From NCBI GenBank assembly GCA_036172245.1, contig JAYWIR010000034.1, forward strand, positions 1,488,001 to 1,552,000: DNA of 64,000 nucleotides, in the 5' to 3' direction. The position numbers and the translations under genes were made by a program. Positions 63,340-64,000 of the stretch are shown here, piece by piece. Within the stretch, counting starts at the first letter, position 1; each line of letters opens with the position of its first letter. This stretch comes from Raillietiella orientalis. Taxonomy: Eukaryota. The notes beneath the pieces were generated by a model, which saw only the letters and a list, made by a program, of their open reading frames with translations, was not told the DNA's origin and searched no databases.

Positions 63340-63675
63340 TTAACGTTCGCCCGCAACTAGATGGGCGGATTCATGAAGACGATCTGGTCAACAAGGTGCT
63401 GCAGTGCACACATGTAACTTGTTGACCAGTGAACCGGGAATGGGTGACGGCATCGACCACGTGTTCCTTGACCAGCACCTGTGCTCCCGTGAGGGCAGGC
63501 ACGGCAAGTTACCGTGGGAGCTGTCCAACCATCGCCCGATCGTGCTCGAGATTCATCCGCGCGACAGGGCCCCCTCTCGTCAGCGTGCCATCTTCCAGGG
63601 GACTGGCTGAAGCTCCCGGACGCTGCGGAACACCTCCGCGCGTTCATACGGAGCTTCAGGATGCGGACGCTTCCT
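63340..63675 (+). mobile_element. LINE APE-endonuclease C-terminal fragment
   Basis: GIDHVFL..LSNHRPIVLEI (cf. IDHIF..SDHxPI) in ORF 63404..63610. Confidence 0.8.
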
Positions 63676-64000
63676 TTACACCCGGGTGCGCCGGGGCGTT
63701 TATTCTTTCGAATAAAATCTCTATATAAATTCTGTGATTGGACCACTGGTCCAGCCACGCCCTAGATGTTGGCTGCCTGCCGGATCCCCAGTGCACAGAC
63801 CGGTGCGATTCACCTCGGCAGCAGTGGGGAGGGGGCAAAAAACAAAACTGGGGAAAGAGCGGGAAGGGATCGCAGTCTGCTGGGAGGGTCCGTCACATCC
63901 TCTGGAGGATGCCGGTAAGCTGTTGCTGGATACTGGCTTCCAGATGGGGCCATCGCATCGCCATCCTCAGGAAGCGGACGGCGTATTCACAGGCATCCCT
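63676..64000 (-). mobile_element. 3' end of a related LINE in the opposite orientation (continues beyond the window)
   Basis: Minus strand reads ACEYAVRFLRMAMRWPHLEASIQQQLTGILQRM, resembling the ORF2 end of the + element (AADFISATARWYHLIENVTEELTSIHLRI). It has the same tail: AATAAA-cg(c/t)-cccgg-N5-ccggg. Confidence 0.75.

Noticed and set aside
1..64000. CRISPR arrays, rRNA, tRNA, prokaryotic operons
   Set aside because: No repeat-spacer array, rRNA or tRNA cloverleaf was seen; the genes have spliceosomal introns.

Overview
Eukaryotic (animal) genomic window; the Hakai sequence and an intron-embedded RNase P RNA suggest an arthropod, probably an insect or crustacean. It has three compartments. 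(1) About 1-35 kb is GC/CpG-rich with no credible host gene. By-eye translation across frames shows a dense graveyard of very decayed LINE (L1/Tx1-like) ORF2 copies in largely alternating orientation, with homopolymer and microsatellite tracts. (2) About 35.5-60.9 kb is an AT-rich gene island with very short GT-AG introns (mostly 40-50 nt). It holds an unnamed RGG/SYG-rich low-complexity gene (-), BAP18 (-), Hakai/CBLL1 (+) and MON2 (-). The 500-nt intron of the RGG gene carries a complete eukaryotic RNase P RNA in sense orientation, preceded by a short leader made of blocks antisense to that RNA. (3) From about 60.9 kb there are younger L1/Tx1-like LINE pieces; two convergent copies share an AATAAA plus terminal-hairpin 3' end. 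All homology calls are motif recognition from memory, with no database search. The LINE fossil boundaries are approximate.
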